From NCBI GenBank assembly GCA_015488325.1, contig WFOA01000010.1, positions 15,945 through 79,944 on the forward strand: 64,000 nucleotides of DNA, given 5' to 3'. The translations under genes were made by a program, and so were the position numbers. The DNA is from Acidimicrobiia bacterium. Its GTDB lineage: Bacteria > Actinomycetota > Acidimicrobiia > Spongiisociales > ZC4RG35. The notes beneath the pieces were generated by a model. It did not search any database and was not told where the DNA came from. It saw only the letters and a program-made list of their open reading frames with translations. Below, piece after piece: positions 1-9,222 of this stretch (its first letter is position 1; each line of letters starts with the position of its first letter).

Positions 1-1413
1 CACCTCGGCGGTCCGGTCGTCGACCCACGCGAACAGCGCCTCGTCTCCCCGTCCCAGACCGTCGACGACGAACACGCAGGCCGACCAGCCTTCGGCGTAG
101 CGGGCCAGGTCGTCGGGGGTCGGGTCGCCGCTCGGGTAGCCGATGGCGGTGACGCCGAGCATCAGTTCGGTGACCGCTGGTTTCCGGGAGATGACCGGTT
201 CCGTCTCCACCCGTCCGGCGGCGTCCCGATGGGCCTGGTAGAAGTCGAGCTCCTTCGTCGAAGGGCCGATGCTCTGGACGAAGCCGGACAGCCCGGCCGC
301 CAAAGCGACGGCTGCCATCGTCGCCAGGATCCCGTAGACGACACGCCGCTTCGTCGCCGCCGAACGGACCCGGTCTGCGGCCAGGCCGCCGAGCCGGTCG
401 AAGGCCACCGCCAGTCCCCCGAGGAGGACCGGGGCGACGGGGACGACGAGGCGGACCGACTCGGTGACCCTGATCGGCCAGGCCAGCAGGAGGAGGAGGT
501 ACACGGCGGTGCCCGAGACGACATCCCATCGGAAGGGTCGGGAACGACCGAGCAGACCCCACGCCATCGCCGCCAGGGTGGCGGCGGCGAGGGCCGGGCC
601 GAGGGGTGTCGCCAACACCCGGTAGGGCCAGACCAGTCGGGGGACGCCGTACCGTCCGAAGGTGACGATCCCCGACCCTATCTGGCGGGCGACGGAGGCG
701 ACGGGGCCGGCGGTCGCCGCGTTGGCGTCGTAGATGCTCTCGGCGATCTCGACGTAGCTCGGGTCGGCGACCGGCCCGGTGGCGAAATGGGCTGCGGCGG
801 CGCCGAGGATCAGGACCAGCGCCACGATGGCGACCCGGAGCCGGCGGCGGAGGCGGAGCAGCCACAGGATCCCGAAGAAGGGTGCGACGGCGATGCGGAC
901 GGCGACGGCCGCACCGGTGATGGCCGCCGCCCACATCCCCCGGCGGTCGTCCGCCAACAACACGAGGGCGACGAAGGCGAGCACGACCGGTTCGGGGTTG
1001 ATACCCCGGAGGAACCCGAGTCCGGCCTGACCGAGAGCGAAGGCTGCCGTCACGCCCAGGGAGGCCCAGGCCGTCGCCCGGAGACGGACCACCCGGTAGG
1101 TGAGGGCCAGGGCCGCCACCGCCACCCCCACCGTGAGGACCTCGATGGCCACCGTCGCCGCCGCCGGGTCGCCTCCGGTCGCCCACAGGACCGGGACGAG
1201 GAGGATCGGCAGACCGGGGCTGTACCGGGACCGGGCGACGTCGCCTTCGGAGAAGGCGATGGCGTCCCGCAGGTAGTAGGTGCCGTTGCCGAGCTCCAGG
1301 TCGGGGCCGACCCGGGCCAGTTGGAGGAGGGCGAAGCCGACGAGGACGACGACCAGCCAGAACCGTTCGTCGAATCGGATGATGCGGCGTGCCGGCTCCG
1401 CCTCAGTCGTCAC
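1..1413 (-). CDS. polytopic integral membrane protein, N-terminal part only (runs off the window); candidate GT-C-type glycosyltransferase or polymerase of the glycan locus
   Basis: Minus-strand frame is open from the GTG at 1411-1413 down to position 1. The GTG overlaps the stop of the upstream oxidoreductase gene. The translation (VTTEAEPARRIIRFDERFWLVVVLVGFALLQLA...) is dominated by hydrophobic helices and shows strong GC3 bias. It is absent from the ORF track because it has no in-window stop. Confidence 0.6.
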   Translation of the reverse strand, partial: MTTEAEPARRIIRFDERFWLVVVLVGFALLQLARVGPDLELGNGTYYLRDAIAFSEGDVARSRYSPGLPILLVPVLWATGGDPAAATVAIEVLTVGVAVAALALTYRVVRLRATAWASLGVTAAFALGQAGLGFLRGINPEPVVLAFVALVLLADDRRGMWAAAITGAAVAVRIAVAPFFGILWLLRLRRRLRVAIVALVLILGAAAAHFATGPVADPSYVEIAESIYDANAATAGPVASVARQIGSGIVTFGRYGVPRLVWPYRVLATPLGPALAAATLAAMAWGLLGRSRPFRWDVVSGTAVYLLLLLAWPIRVTESVRLVVPVAPVLLGGLAVAFDRLGGLAADRVRSAATKRRVVYGILATMAAVALAAGLSGFVQSIGPSTKELDFYQAHRDAAGRVETEPVISRKPAVTELMLGVTAIGYPSGDPTPDDLARYAEGWSACVFVVDGLGRGDEALFAWVDDRTAEV

Positions 1414-2890
1414 GCACGGTCACCTTCCGAGGCACCATGCGGCCACCCGTGTCGTCGGCGGAGACCTCCTCCAGGTATTCGGCGTCCTGGTTGACCCGCC
1501 ACTGGTCCCATTCCTGACCCGCCAGGTTCCGGGCGGCCATGAGTCCGGTCATCATGGCATGGTCCTGGTTGTTGTATTTGTGCATGCCGTTGCGGCCGCA
1601 GAGCTGGAGGTTGTCGAACTCGGCGTCGAGGTAGCTGCGGATCACCGCCACGTTGGCGGCGTATTCCTCGTCGTAGACGGGGTACGCCTTGTGCACCCGG
1701 ATCACCGTGCCGTCGATCACCTTGTCCGAGTCGATGAGCCCGATGGAGGCGAGCTCGCGGGATCCCCGCTCCAGCAGCTCCTCGTCGGTGGCGTCCCACA
1801 GGTCGTCGCCTTCGTTGCAGAAGTACTCCAACCCGAGGGCGGTGTGCCGCTGATCGGGCACCATCTCCGGCGACCAGTTCTTGAAGTTCTGGACCCTGCC
1901 CACCCGGACGGACGGGTCGTGGATGTAGATCCAGTTGTCCGGGAACACGTCCGGGTCGTCGAGGACGAGGACGACGGTGAGGAAGTCCCGATAGCGAAGG
2001 GCCCGGGCGGCGTCGAGGACCTCCGACGGCGGTTTCGGGCGGAGACCTTCGACGAGGGCACGGATCGGCATCGACGACACCATGGCGTCGACGGCGACCC
2101 GGCGCGACTCCGTCGCCGTCTCCACTTCGAGGGCCACCACCCGCCCACCGTCGTGGTGGATCTCCGCGACGCGGGTTCCCAACTGGACCGACACGCCTCG
2201 GGCGGCGAGGTCTTCGGCGACCCGTTCCCACATCATCCCGGGGCCGAGGCGGGGGTATTCGAACTCTTCGATGAGGGTCTTGACGATCTCTCCCCGTTGA
2301 CCGAACAGCGCTTGTTTCACCGCTCGGAACAGGGAGAGCCCTTTGATGCGCTGCGCCGCCCAGTCGGCCGAGATCTCCGAACAGGGCATCCCCCACACCT
2401 TCTCGGTGTAGGTCTTGAAGAAGATCTCGTAGAGCCGGCGACCGAAATGGGCGACGACCCAGTCCTCGAAGGAGACGATGTTTCGTTTCGGACGAAGCGT
2501 CGACGCCAGGTAGGAGAATCCACATCGGGCGGCTTCGACGACCCCGAGCTTGCGGAGGGCGTCTTTGGCGTCGAGGGGGTAGCGGAAAAACCGGCCCCGG
2601 TAGTAGATCCGGGACATCCGCTGGCGGACCAGGAAGTCCTCGTCGGGCAGGAACCGATGCCACAGTTCACGGATCTCGTCGCTCTTGGTGAAGAAACGGT
2701 GTCCACCGATGTCGAAGCGGTACCCGCCGTAGCGTTCGGTTCGTGACAGCCCTCCGACGAGGCTCGGATGAGCCTCGAACACCGTCGGTCGCAGCCCCAG
2801 CCGGTCCAGCTCCCAGGCGGCGGTGAGCCCCGCCGGCCCGGCGCCGACCACCCCGATCGTCCCTGAAGATCCGTCGCCCATCGCTCCCAT
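1403..2890 (-). CDS. NAD(P)/FAD-dependent oxidoreductase (amine-oxidase/protoporphyrinogen-oxidase-like fold)
   Basis: 495-aa ORF with an N-terminal dinucleotide-binding motif (IGVVGAGPAGLTAAWEL). Reading frame is consistent along its length. Confidence 0.8.
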   Translation of the reverse strand: MGAMGDGSSGTIGVVGAGPAGLTAAWELDRLGLRPTVFEAHPSLVGGLSRTERYGGYRFDIGGHRFFTKSDEIRELWHRFLPDEDFLVRQRMSRIYYRGRFFRYPLDAKDALRKLGVVEAARCGFSYLASTLRPKRNIVSFEDWVVAHFGRRLYEIFFKTYTEKVWGMPCSEISADWAAQRIKGLSLFRAVKQALFGQRGEIVKTLIEEFEYPRLGPGMMWERVAEDLAARGVSVQLGTRVAEIHHDGGRVVALEVETATESRRVAVDAMVSSMPIRALVEGLRPKPPSEVLDAARALRYRDFLTVVLVLDDPDVFPDNWIYIHDPSVRVGRVQNFKNWSPEMVPDQRHTALGLEYFCNEGDDLWDATDEELLERGSRELASIGLIDSDKVIDGTVIRVHKAYPVYDEEYAANVAVIRSYLDAEFDNLQLCGRNGMHKYNNQDHAMMTGLMAARNLAGQEWDQWRVNQDAEYLEEVSADDTGGRMVPRKVTVRDD

Positions 2891-2937
2891 CCCCTGTCGG
2901 ACGCCTCACGTTAGCCCAGATCGGAGAGAGCTCTATG

Positions 2938-2949
2938 GGTCGATCGACC
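2938..2949. promoter_or_regulatory. perfect 12-bp palindrome GGTCGATCGACC (adjacent to 8-bp palindrome AGAGCTCT at 2927-2934) in the intergenic region upstream of the FAD oxidoreductase gene
   Basis: Directly visible in sequence. Flanked by CTATG/TATG. Confidence 0.35.
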
Positions 2950-2986
2950 TATGCGCCGGTGATGCTCCCCCGGGCTGCGTTCCGGC

Positions 2987-5248
2987 TCACGGGGCGAGGT
3001 AGGAGTGGAGGGCGTCCCCCACGGTCTCGGAGACGACCCCCGGACCTCCGAGGATGAAGATGCGGCGAGGGGCGAGCCGACCCAGCTCGGTGGCCGTCGC
3101 CCCCGGGATGGCGTCGGGACGGGTGAGGAGCACGGGACGTCCTCCGAGGCCTCCGGGGGGTCCGCCGGCGAGGGCGTCGGGATAGTCGAGACCGGTGGCG
3201 ACCAGGACTTCCTCGGCGGTGGCGAAGCTCCCCTGGGAGACCGCCGCCGCCGTGGCGTACCGGTCGGCGCCGGCCCTCCGCACGACGGTGTAGTCGGCCG
3301 CCAGGCTCGCCTCGACGTCCGAGGAGATCACCCCGGTTCCCCCGAGGAGCACCACCGTGGACACCCCCAGATCCGCCAGGGCCTGGCGGGTCACCGTCGG
3401 GACCTGATCGGTACGGGTGAGAAGCAGCGGCCCCGGGATCGAGCCGGCGGCGGGGGCACCGGCGAGGGCGTCCGGGTAGTTCTCCCCGGTGGCCAGGTAG
3501 GCGGTGGAGGCACCCGAAGGCCACTGGCCGGAGGCCACCGCCGCCGCCGTGGCGTACCGGTCGGGCCCGGCCCACCGCACCACCGCCGGGTTGGAAGGGA
3601 GCCCCGCCAACGCCGCCGCCACCGCGTCGGAGATCACCCCGGTCCCGCCGACGATCACCACGGTCTTCGGGGCGAGGCGAACCAGCTCCGCCAGGGTGGC
3701 CGACGGGACGGCGTCGGTGCGTACCAGCAGCACCGGGGCGGAGGCCGCCGCCGCCGCCGGTCCGGCGGCGAGGGCGTCGGGATAGTTGAGACCGGTGGCG
3801 ACGAACACGGTGGCGGCGCCGTCGGGGAAGAAATACGAGGAGACGGCCGCCGCCGTCCCGTACCGGTCGGCGGCCCACAGGCGGATGACGCTGAACGCCT
3901 CGCCGACGAAGACGTCGCCTTCGGCGTTGGTGTCGTCGCCCACCAGGTTCGACGCGAAGGAGTCGAAGGCGACGAACCGTCCGTCGTCGGAGACGGAAGC
4001 CGCCAGAGAGTCGCTGTTGGAGGGGGTGCCGTCGGAGGCCACCGACACCAGTTCGGCCCGGTTCGTCTGACGGTCGTAGACGAACACGTCCCGCCGGCCG
4101 TTGGTGTCGTCGGCCACCAGGTTCGAGGCGTAGGAGTCGAAGGCGACGAACCGTCCGTCGGCCGAGATCGAGGCGTCCTGGGAGGCACCGTCGGCCTCGG
4201 TGCCGTCGAAACCGACCGAGACCCGTTCGACGGTGTCGGTCTGGCGGTCGTAGACGAACACGTCCTTCGTCCCGTTGGTGTCCCCCGCCACCAGGTTCGT
4301 CGCCGACGACTCGAAGGCCACGTACCGGCCGTCGGCCGAGATCGAGGCGAAGAAGGAGTCGGCGTCCCCCTCGGTACCGTCGGAGGCGACCGAGACCCGT
4401 TCGACGGTGTCGGCCTGACGGTCGTAGACGAACACGTCGCGGGCTCCGTTGGTGTCCCCGGCCACCAGGTTCGAGGCCCACGAGTCGAACGCCACGAACC
4501 GTCCGTCGTCGGAGAGGACGGGAAGCACCGACGAGGCGTTGCCCTGCGTCCCTCCCGACGCCACCGACACCCGTTCGATGGTGTCGGTCTGACGGTCGTA
4601 GACGAACACGTCGGTGTTGGCGTTGGTGTCTCCCGGCACCAGGTTCGTCGCCGACGATTCGAAGGCCACGTACCGGCCGTCCCCGGAGATGGAGGGGAAA
4701 CGGGCCGGCCCGTTGCTCTCCGCACCGTCCCAGGCGATCGACACCCGTTCGACGGTGTCGGTCTGACGGTCGTAGACGAACACGTCCGAGATGCCGTTGG
4801 TGTCCCCCGCCACCAGGTTCGTCGCCGACGACTCGAAGGCCACGTACCGGCCGTCTGTCGACAGCGACGGATGGAGGGAACTGGCATCGCCCTGGGTGCC
4901 GTCCGAAGCCACCGACACCCGCTCCACCGCACCGGTCCAGCGGTCGTAGACGAAGATGTCGGCGGTGGCGTTGGTGTCCCCCGCCACCAGGTTCGTCGCC
5001 CACGACTCGAAGGCCACGTACCGGCCGTCCCCCGAGATGGACGCGAACAGCGAGTATCCGTCACCTTCGGTCCCGTCGCCCGCCACCGACACCCGGTCGG
5101 TCACTACCCGGGCGGCCGAGACAGGCCGCACGCCGACGACGCCGGCGACCAGGGCCACGACGCCGATCCCGGCGATCCACCGTCTCGTCTTCGAGGTCAC
5201 CGAAACCCTCCACTCGTCCCCGTCGACACCTGTCGGACAGCGATGCAC
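2987..5248 (-). CDS. secreted protein with 7 tandem ~58-aa PD40/TolB-like beta-propeller repeats and 3 C-terminal CWB2-type cell-wall-binding repeats
   Basis: Hydrophobic N-terminal segment (WIAGIGVVALVAGVVGV). Seven repeats of the pattern GDG..S..SISGDGRYVAFES.ATNLVAGDTN...DVFVYDR.TDTVERVS. Three repeats of DRYATAAAV..(ATG.NYPDALAG)..P(V/L)LL..(VP)..GGTGVIS. Alternative GTG start 42 nt downstream is possible. Confidence 0.85.
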   Translation of the reverse strand: MHRCPTGVDGDEWRVSVTSKTRRWIAGIGVVALVAGVVGVRPVSAARVVTDRVSVAGDGTEGDGYSLFASISGDGRYVAFESWATNLVAGDTNATADIFVYDRWTGAVERVSVASDGTQGDASSLHPSLSTDGRYVAFESSATNLVAGDTNGISDVFVYDRQTDTVERVSIAWDGAESNGPARFPSISGDGRYVAFESSATNLVPGDTNANTDVFVYDRQTDTIERVSVASGGTQGNASSVLPVLSDDGRFVAFDSWASNLVAGDTNGARDVFVYDRQADTVERVSVASDGTEGDADSFFASISADGRYVAFESSATNLVAGDTNGTKDVFVYDRQTDTVERVSVGFDGTEADGASQDASISADGRFVAFDSYASNLVADDTNGRRDVFVYDRQTNRAELVSVASDGTPSNSDSLAASVSDDGRFVAFDSFASNLVGDDTNAEGDVFVGEAFSVIRLWAADRYGTAAAVSSYFFPDGAATVFVATGLNYPDALAAGPAAAAASAPVLLVRTDAVPSATLAELVRLAPKTVVIVGGTGVISDAVAAALAGLPSNPAVVRWAGPDRYATAAAVASGQWPSGASTAYLATGENYPDALAGAPAAGSIPGPLLLTRTDQVPTVTRQALADLGVSTVVLLGGTGVISSDVEASLAADYTVVRRAGADRYATAAAVSQGSFATAEEVLVATGLDYPDALAGGPPGGLGGRPVLLTRPDAIPGATATELGRLAPRRIFILGGPGVVSETVGDALHSYLAP
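3870..5090 (-). repeat. seven in-frame tandem ~174-bp repeats encoding the PD40-like propeller blades (coordinates approximate)
   Basis: Recurring DNA/protein units (...SISGDGRYVAFES.ATNLVAGDTN...DVFVYDRQTDTVERVS). Confidence 0.7.
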
Positions 5249-5287
5249 TCTAGCTTCCGCGCCTCCCCGGTCGAGGCCCAGTTCGGG

Positions 5288-6130
5288 TCAGAGTCGGCGG
5301 CCCCAGACCGCCAGGTCGAGGGAGGTGAGTTCCGACAGGTTACGGACCGACGCGTCGAGGCGGGCCGTCACCGACCCGGGAAGCGGCTGGTCCCGGGATT
5401 CCGCCCGCAGCCGTTCGGCCATCGGATCCCGGCGGAGCAGGAGGGGACGTACGAGCTTGCGGATCGCCCGGGGGGTGACCGGTTCGAGGCGCCGCAGCAG
5501 GCGGCTGTCGTACAGGCGCCTCATGAGGGGCGTGTAGTCGGGTTTGTCGGCGGTGACGTTCACGGCGACCCGGGGGTGGGGACTCGGCGGCAGATCCAGG
5601 AACGCCAGCACCTCGCTCCAGGCCGGATGCTCGCCGTCGACCAGATGTTCCATCTGGACGACCAGGAGCGCCTCGGTCCCGAACCGTTCGAGGAAGGGAG
5701 CCAGGGCCAGGTCGTAGAGGCTGCGGCGAACGTAGGGGTTGTCGGGTTCGGAGACGGCCTGGAGGAACGGTCGACGTTCCCTCCCATGATGCACTTCGTG
5801 CCGATAGTGGCTCCGCAGCCGGGTCTCCGGCTCCCGAAGCACACAGATGAGCCGCACCGACGGGCACATCTCGGCGATCCGAGCGGCGACCTCGGAGGCC
5901 ACCTGGGGGTCCGAGTACGCCACCGAAGCCTCCCCGGCGAGACCGTCGGTCGGGAACAGCGACCGGTAGCGCCGGTGGGCCCGGGAACCTGGCCCGTTGC
6001 CGGTGAGGAAGAACTCGGGTTCTTTCTCCCTGCACAGGATCGAACCCGACGCCTGCTGGAGCCACCGGAACAGGGCGGTGGTTCCCGATTTCATGGTGCC
6101 GACGATGATGAACTCGGGGTCGCGGCTCAT
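5288..6130 (-). CDS. PAPS-dependent sulfotransferase family protein
   Basis: 5'-PSB P-loop-like motif (FIIVGTMKSGTT) and 3'-PB-like motif (REPETRLRSHY). ATG at 6128-6130 (MSRDPEF...) is preferred over the upstream ATG at 6157. Confidence 0.8.
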   Translation of the reverse strand: MSRDPEFIIVGTMKSGTTALFRWLQQASGSILCREKEPEFFLTGNGPGSRAHRRYRSLFPTDGLAGEASVAYSDPQVASEVAARIAEMCPSVRLICVLREPETRLRSHYRHEVHHGRERRPFLQAVSEPDNPYVRRSLYDLALAPFLERFGTEALLVVQMEHLVDGEHPAWSEVLAFLDLPPSPHPRVAVNVTADKPDYTPLMRRLYDSRLLRRLEPVTPRAIRKLVRPLLLRRDPMAERLRAESRDQPLPGSVTARLDASVRNLSELTSLDLAVWGRRL

Positions 6131-6435
6131 CTCAGGCTGACGGCTCCGAGGACCCAAACCGTAGACGGACCGCCTCCCCCGGAACTCCGGGCGTCGGGAA
6201 ATCCGGCCCCGTCGTTCGACGGGGCCGTACGGTCGGCGGCGAACTCGGTCGGCGCGGGGGCGGGGCGGAAGGGATGTCGAGACACCTCCGTCGCGGTCTC
6301 GGTACGAGCCTAGCGGTCGCCCGATGGTGAACGTCGACGGACCCGGGACCGGACGAGTCCGGCCTCTGCGAACACCGTCCCCCTTTCCAGCATGAAGCCC
6401 CCGGGTAGCATGGGCGGTCGGTCAGACCAGCGGGA

Positions 6436-8226
6436 GTGATCATCGCCAGTCCAGGGCTTCGCCGAAGCCTCTCCGTCCTCCTCGAACCGGGACGCCGCGC
6501 CCGGTGGGGGTGGCTGGTGGTGCTCGCCGCCGTCAACGCCGCCGTCGAAGCCCTCGGCGCCCTCCTCATCTTCTTCGCCGTCAACCGGGTCACCCAGAGT
6601 CCGTCGACGACCCCCCTCGACGCCTGGTTCCCGCCCGGTTCAGACCGGGCCACCATGATGGTCGTGGCTGCGGTGATCGGCGGCTTCTTCCTCGCCCGTG
6701 CCGTCTTCACCGTCGGCCGCACGTGGTTCGAGCACCAGGTGATCCAACACACCGCCGCCCGCACCGCCGACCGCCTGTTCCGCCGCTACCTGGCCACTCC
6801 CTACCGTGTCCATCTGCGTCGAAGCTCGCCCGAGCTGATCCGCAACGCCATCACGTCGGTCGACGAAGTGGCGATGCGGTTCCTCACCCCCCTGGTGAGT
6901 GTCAGCGGCGAGGCCGTCATCGTCGTCGTGATGGTGGCGGTCCTCGCCGTCACGGCACCGGTGGTCACCGTCGTCGCCGCAGGAGCGATCGGCGTCGTCG
7001 GTTTCGCCCTCCTCCGGTTCGTGCGGGGACGCCTCCGGCAGGTGGGACGGCTGTCCGAGCGTTCCCAGCAGCGGTCCTTCGCCGCCATCCAACACGGACT
7101 CGGGGACCTGCGGAACATCAAGGTCTACGGCCGGGAACGGTTCTTCGCCGCCATCTTTCAGACCGAACGTCTCGGGTTCGCCCGGGCCCGCTACGAGATG
7201 GCCACCCTGTCGGTGGTGCCCCGGGTGGGGATCGAGACCCTCGTGTTCCTGATGGTGGTGGGGTTCCTCGCCGTCGCCTCCGCCGACGCCGCCGCCGAAT
7301 CCCTGTCGGTCCTGGGGCTCTTCGCCTACGCGGCCCTGCGGATCATGCCGGGCGTCAACCGGATCATCCACGGCCTCAACCGGATCCGGTTCGCCACCGC
7401 GGCCGTCGACAACGTGGTCGCCGACCTGAGCGGACCCGAACCGTCGCTTCCTCCCCTTCGCAACCGGGAGGCACCCCTCGAATGGTCGGCCGTCGTCTTC
7501 GAAGACGTCTCCTTCCGCTACGACGACGACGGACCGGAGGTGCTCTCGGGGATCGACCTGACCCTCCGCAAGGGGTCGTCGACGGGGCTGGTCGGTCCTA
7601 CCGGTGCCGGGAAGTCGACCCTCCTCGACCTGATCCTCGGTCTGTTGGAGCCGACCGGCGGGACGATCACCCTCGATGGACGTCCCCTCACCGACGTCCT
7701 CGACCGGTGGCAGGCGATGATCGGTCTCGTCTCCCAGGACATCTTCCTCCTCGACGACACCATCCGCCGAAACGTCGCCTTCGGGATCCCCGACGACGAG
7801 ATCGACGACGACAAGGTATGGAGGGCCCTCCGCCTCGCCCAGCTCGCCGACTTCGTGGAGCAGACCGACCGGGGTCTCGACACCCCGGTGGGCGAACGCG
7901 GGGTGTCGCTGTCGGGGGGACAGCGTCAGCGGGTGGCGATCGCCCGGGCCCTCTACCACGACCCCGAGATCCTCGTCTTCGACGAGGCCACCTCTTCGCT
8001 CGACCCCGTCACCGAACGGGACCTCCTCGACGCCATCGACCAGCTCGGACGAGACCGGACCGTCGTCATGGTCGCCCACCGGCTCTCCACCGTCGAACGC
8101 TGCGACCGGATCGTCGTCGTCGACGGTGGCCGGATCGTCGCCGAAGGGGACTTCGGGGAGCTGACCCGGGACAGCGCCCTGTTCCGCCGCCTCTCCGCCC
8201 CTACGAGGCTGCCCGAACCGACCTGA
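6436..8226 (+). CDS. ABC transporter, fused permease/ATP-binding exporter (MsbA/ABCB-like)
   Basis: GTG start preceded by GGGAG. N-terminal multi-TM domain followed by Walker A (GPTGAGKST), ABC signature (LSGGQRQR) and Walker B (ILVFDEATSSLD). Confidence 0.9.
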   Translation: MIIASPGLRRSLSVLLEPGRRARWGWLVVLAAVNAAVEALGALLIFFAVNRVTQSPSTTPLDAWFPPGSDRATMMVVAAVIGGFFLARAVFTVGRTWFEHQVIQHTAARTADRLFRRYLATPYRVHLRRSSPELIRNAITSVDEVAMRFLTPLVSVSGEAVIVVVMVAVLAVTAPVVTVVAAGAIGVVGFALLRFVRGRLRQVGRLSERSQQRSFAAIQHGLGDLRNIKVYGRERFFAAIFQTERLGFARARYEMATLSVVPRVGIETLVFLMVVGFLAVASADAAAESLSVLGLFAYAALRIMPGVNRIIHGLNRIRFATAAVDNVVADLSGPEPSLPPLRNREAPLEWSAVVFEDVSFRYDDDGPEVLSGIDLTLRKGSSTGLVGPTGAGKSTLLDLILGLLEPTGGTITLDGRPLTDVLDRWQAMIGLVSQDIFLLDDTIRRNVAFGIPDDEIDDDKVWRALRLAQLADFVEQTDRGLDTPVGERGVSLSGGQRQRVAIARALYHDPEILVFDEATSSLDPVTERDLLDAIDQLGRDRTVVMVAHRLSTVERCDRIVVVDGGRIVAEGDFGELTRDSALFRRLSAPTRLPEPT

Positions 8227-8237
8227 TCCGAACTGCC

Positions 8238-9139
8238 TCAGGCCGACGGCCCCGGCAGCGGCGGCGGGAACCTGAGGTGGCGGAGGTCGCTCCCCGCCAC
8301 CGCCAACCGGAGGTAGGCACCGAGCCGTTCACGTCCGCCATGCCATCCGATCCCCCGGAGGATCTGGATGGCTCGGAGCGAAGCCGGAGAGAACCAGATG
8401 CGGTAGTAGGTGGCCCGGCCCGACATCTGGCGGAGGGAACGGGCACCCGAGTCGTAGACGGCGCTGGTGGCCACCCCCTGGGTGTGTACGCACACGGCAC
8501 CGGGGACGCTGACCCGTCGATAGCCGAGGGCGGCCAGGCGCCGGCTCAGATCGATGTCCTCTCCATACAGGAAGAAGGCGGGATTGAATCCGCCGACTTC
8601 CCGCAGCAGGTCGGTGGGTCCCAGGAGGCACGCACCCACCAGCCAGGCGACGTCGTGGGGCTCCTCCGACGCCGGATAGGTGACGTCCGCCAGGCCGACC
8701 AGCCTCCGAAGCCGCTGCCACTCCTCCGACCATCCGGGGAACCGGTAGCGGGCGCTGGGTGCCGGGGTGCCGTCTTCCCCGACGATGCGGGGACCGACCA
8801 GACCGATCGTCGGATCCGACGAGAGGGTGTCGATGAGCAGACGGATCGAGTCGGTGTCGATGACGGCGTCGTCGTTCATGATCAGCGCCCAGGTGCCCCG
8901 GGCTTCGACGAGGCCTCGGTTCACGGCCCTGCCGAAACCGACGTTGTCGTCGTTGACGAGCACCCTGCCCCGCCGGAGGACCCTGCGGGCTTCGGAGACG
9001 GTGTCGTCGGAGGAGGCGTTGTCGACGACCAGCAGCTCGGCGTCGAAGGGCTCGAGCGCGGCCTCCATCGCCTCCAGGTTGGCGGCGATGTCCCGACCCG
9101 AGTTGTAGGTTACGGTGATGAAGGTCAGCTCTGTGGCCA
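8238..9139 (-). CDS. glycosyltransferase family 2
   Basis: MATELTFITVTYNSGRDI...LLVVDNASSDDT...DDA motifs. The ORF track extends the frame upstream to 9539, but that part has poor protein-like composition. ATG at 9137-9139 chosen. Confidence 0.8.
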
Positions 9140-9222
9140 TGCCGAGCCCGTTCCGTTCCGCGACTCCGTCCCAACACGGTAGCCCACCGGAGACCCCCCC
9201 TTCCGTCGGCGAGGAAGCGGCG

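Noticed and set aside
229-1494. 421-aa plus-strand ORF and smaller ORFs at the window start
   Set aside because: G/D/R-rich artefact frames. The minus-strand frame that is open to the window edge gives a coherent membrane protein with proper GC3 bias.
2949-5064. Alternative minus-strand frames (684 aa and 469 aa) overlapping the propeller gene
   Set aside because: Same strand but wrong frame. Their translations are poly-R/G/T/P low complexity, whereas the 2987-5248 frame gives ordered PD40 and CWB2 repeats.
3005-6313. 1102-aa ORF on the plus strand
   Set aside because: It is antisense to the propeller protein and sulfotransferase genes. Its composition is extremely R/G/H/D/P-rich (typical of off-frame translation of high-GC DNA), and the opposite strand carries clear repeat-domain and motif evidence.
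6504-9182. 892-aa plus-strand ORF and 479-aa minus ORF (6640-8079) overlapping the ABC transporter
   Set aside because: Off-frame or antisense to an ABC exporter with intact Walker/signature motifs. Their translations have non-protein-like composition.
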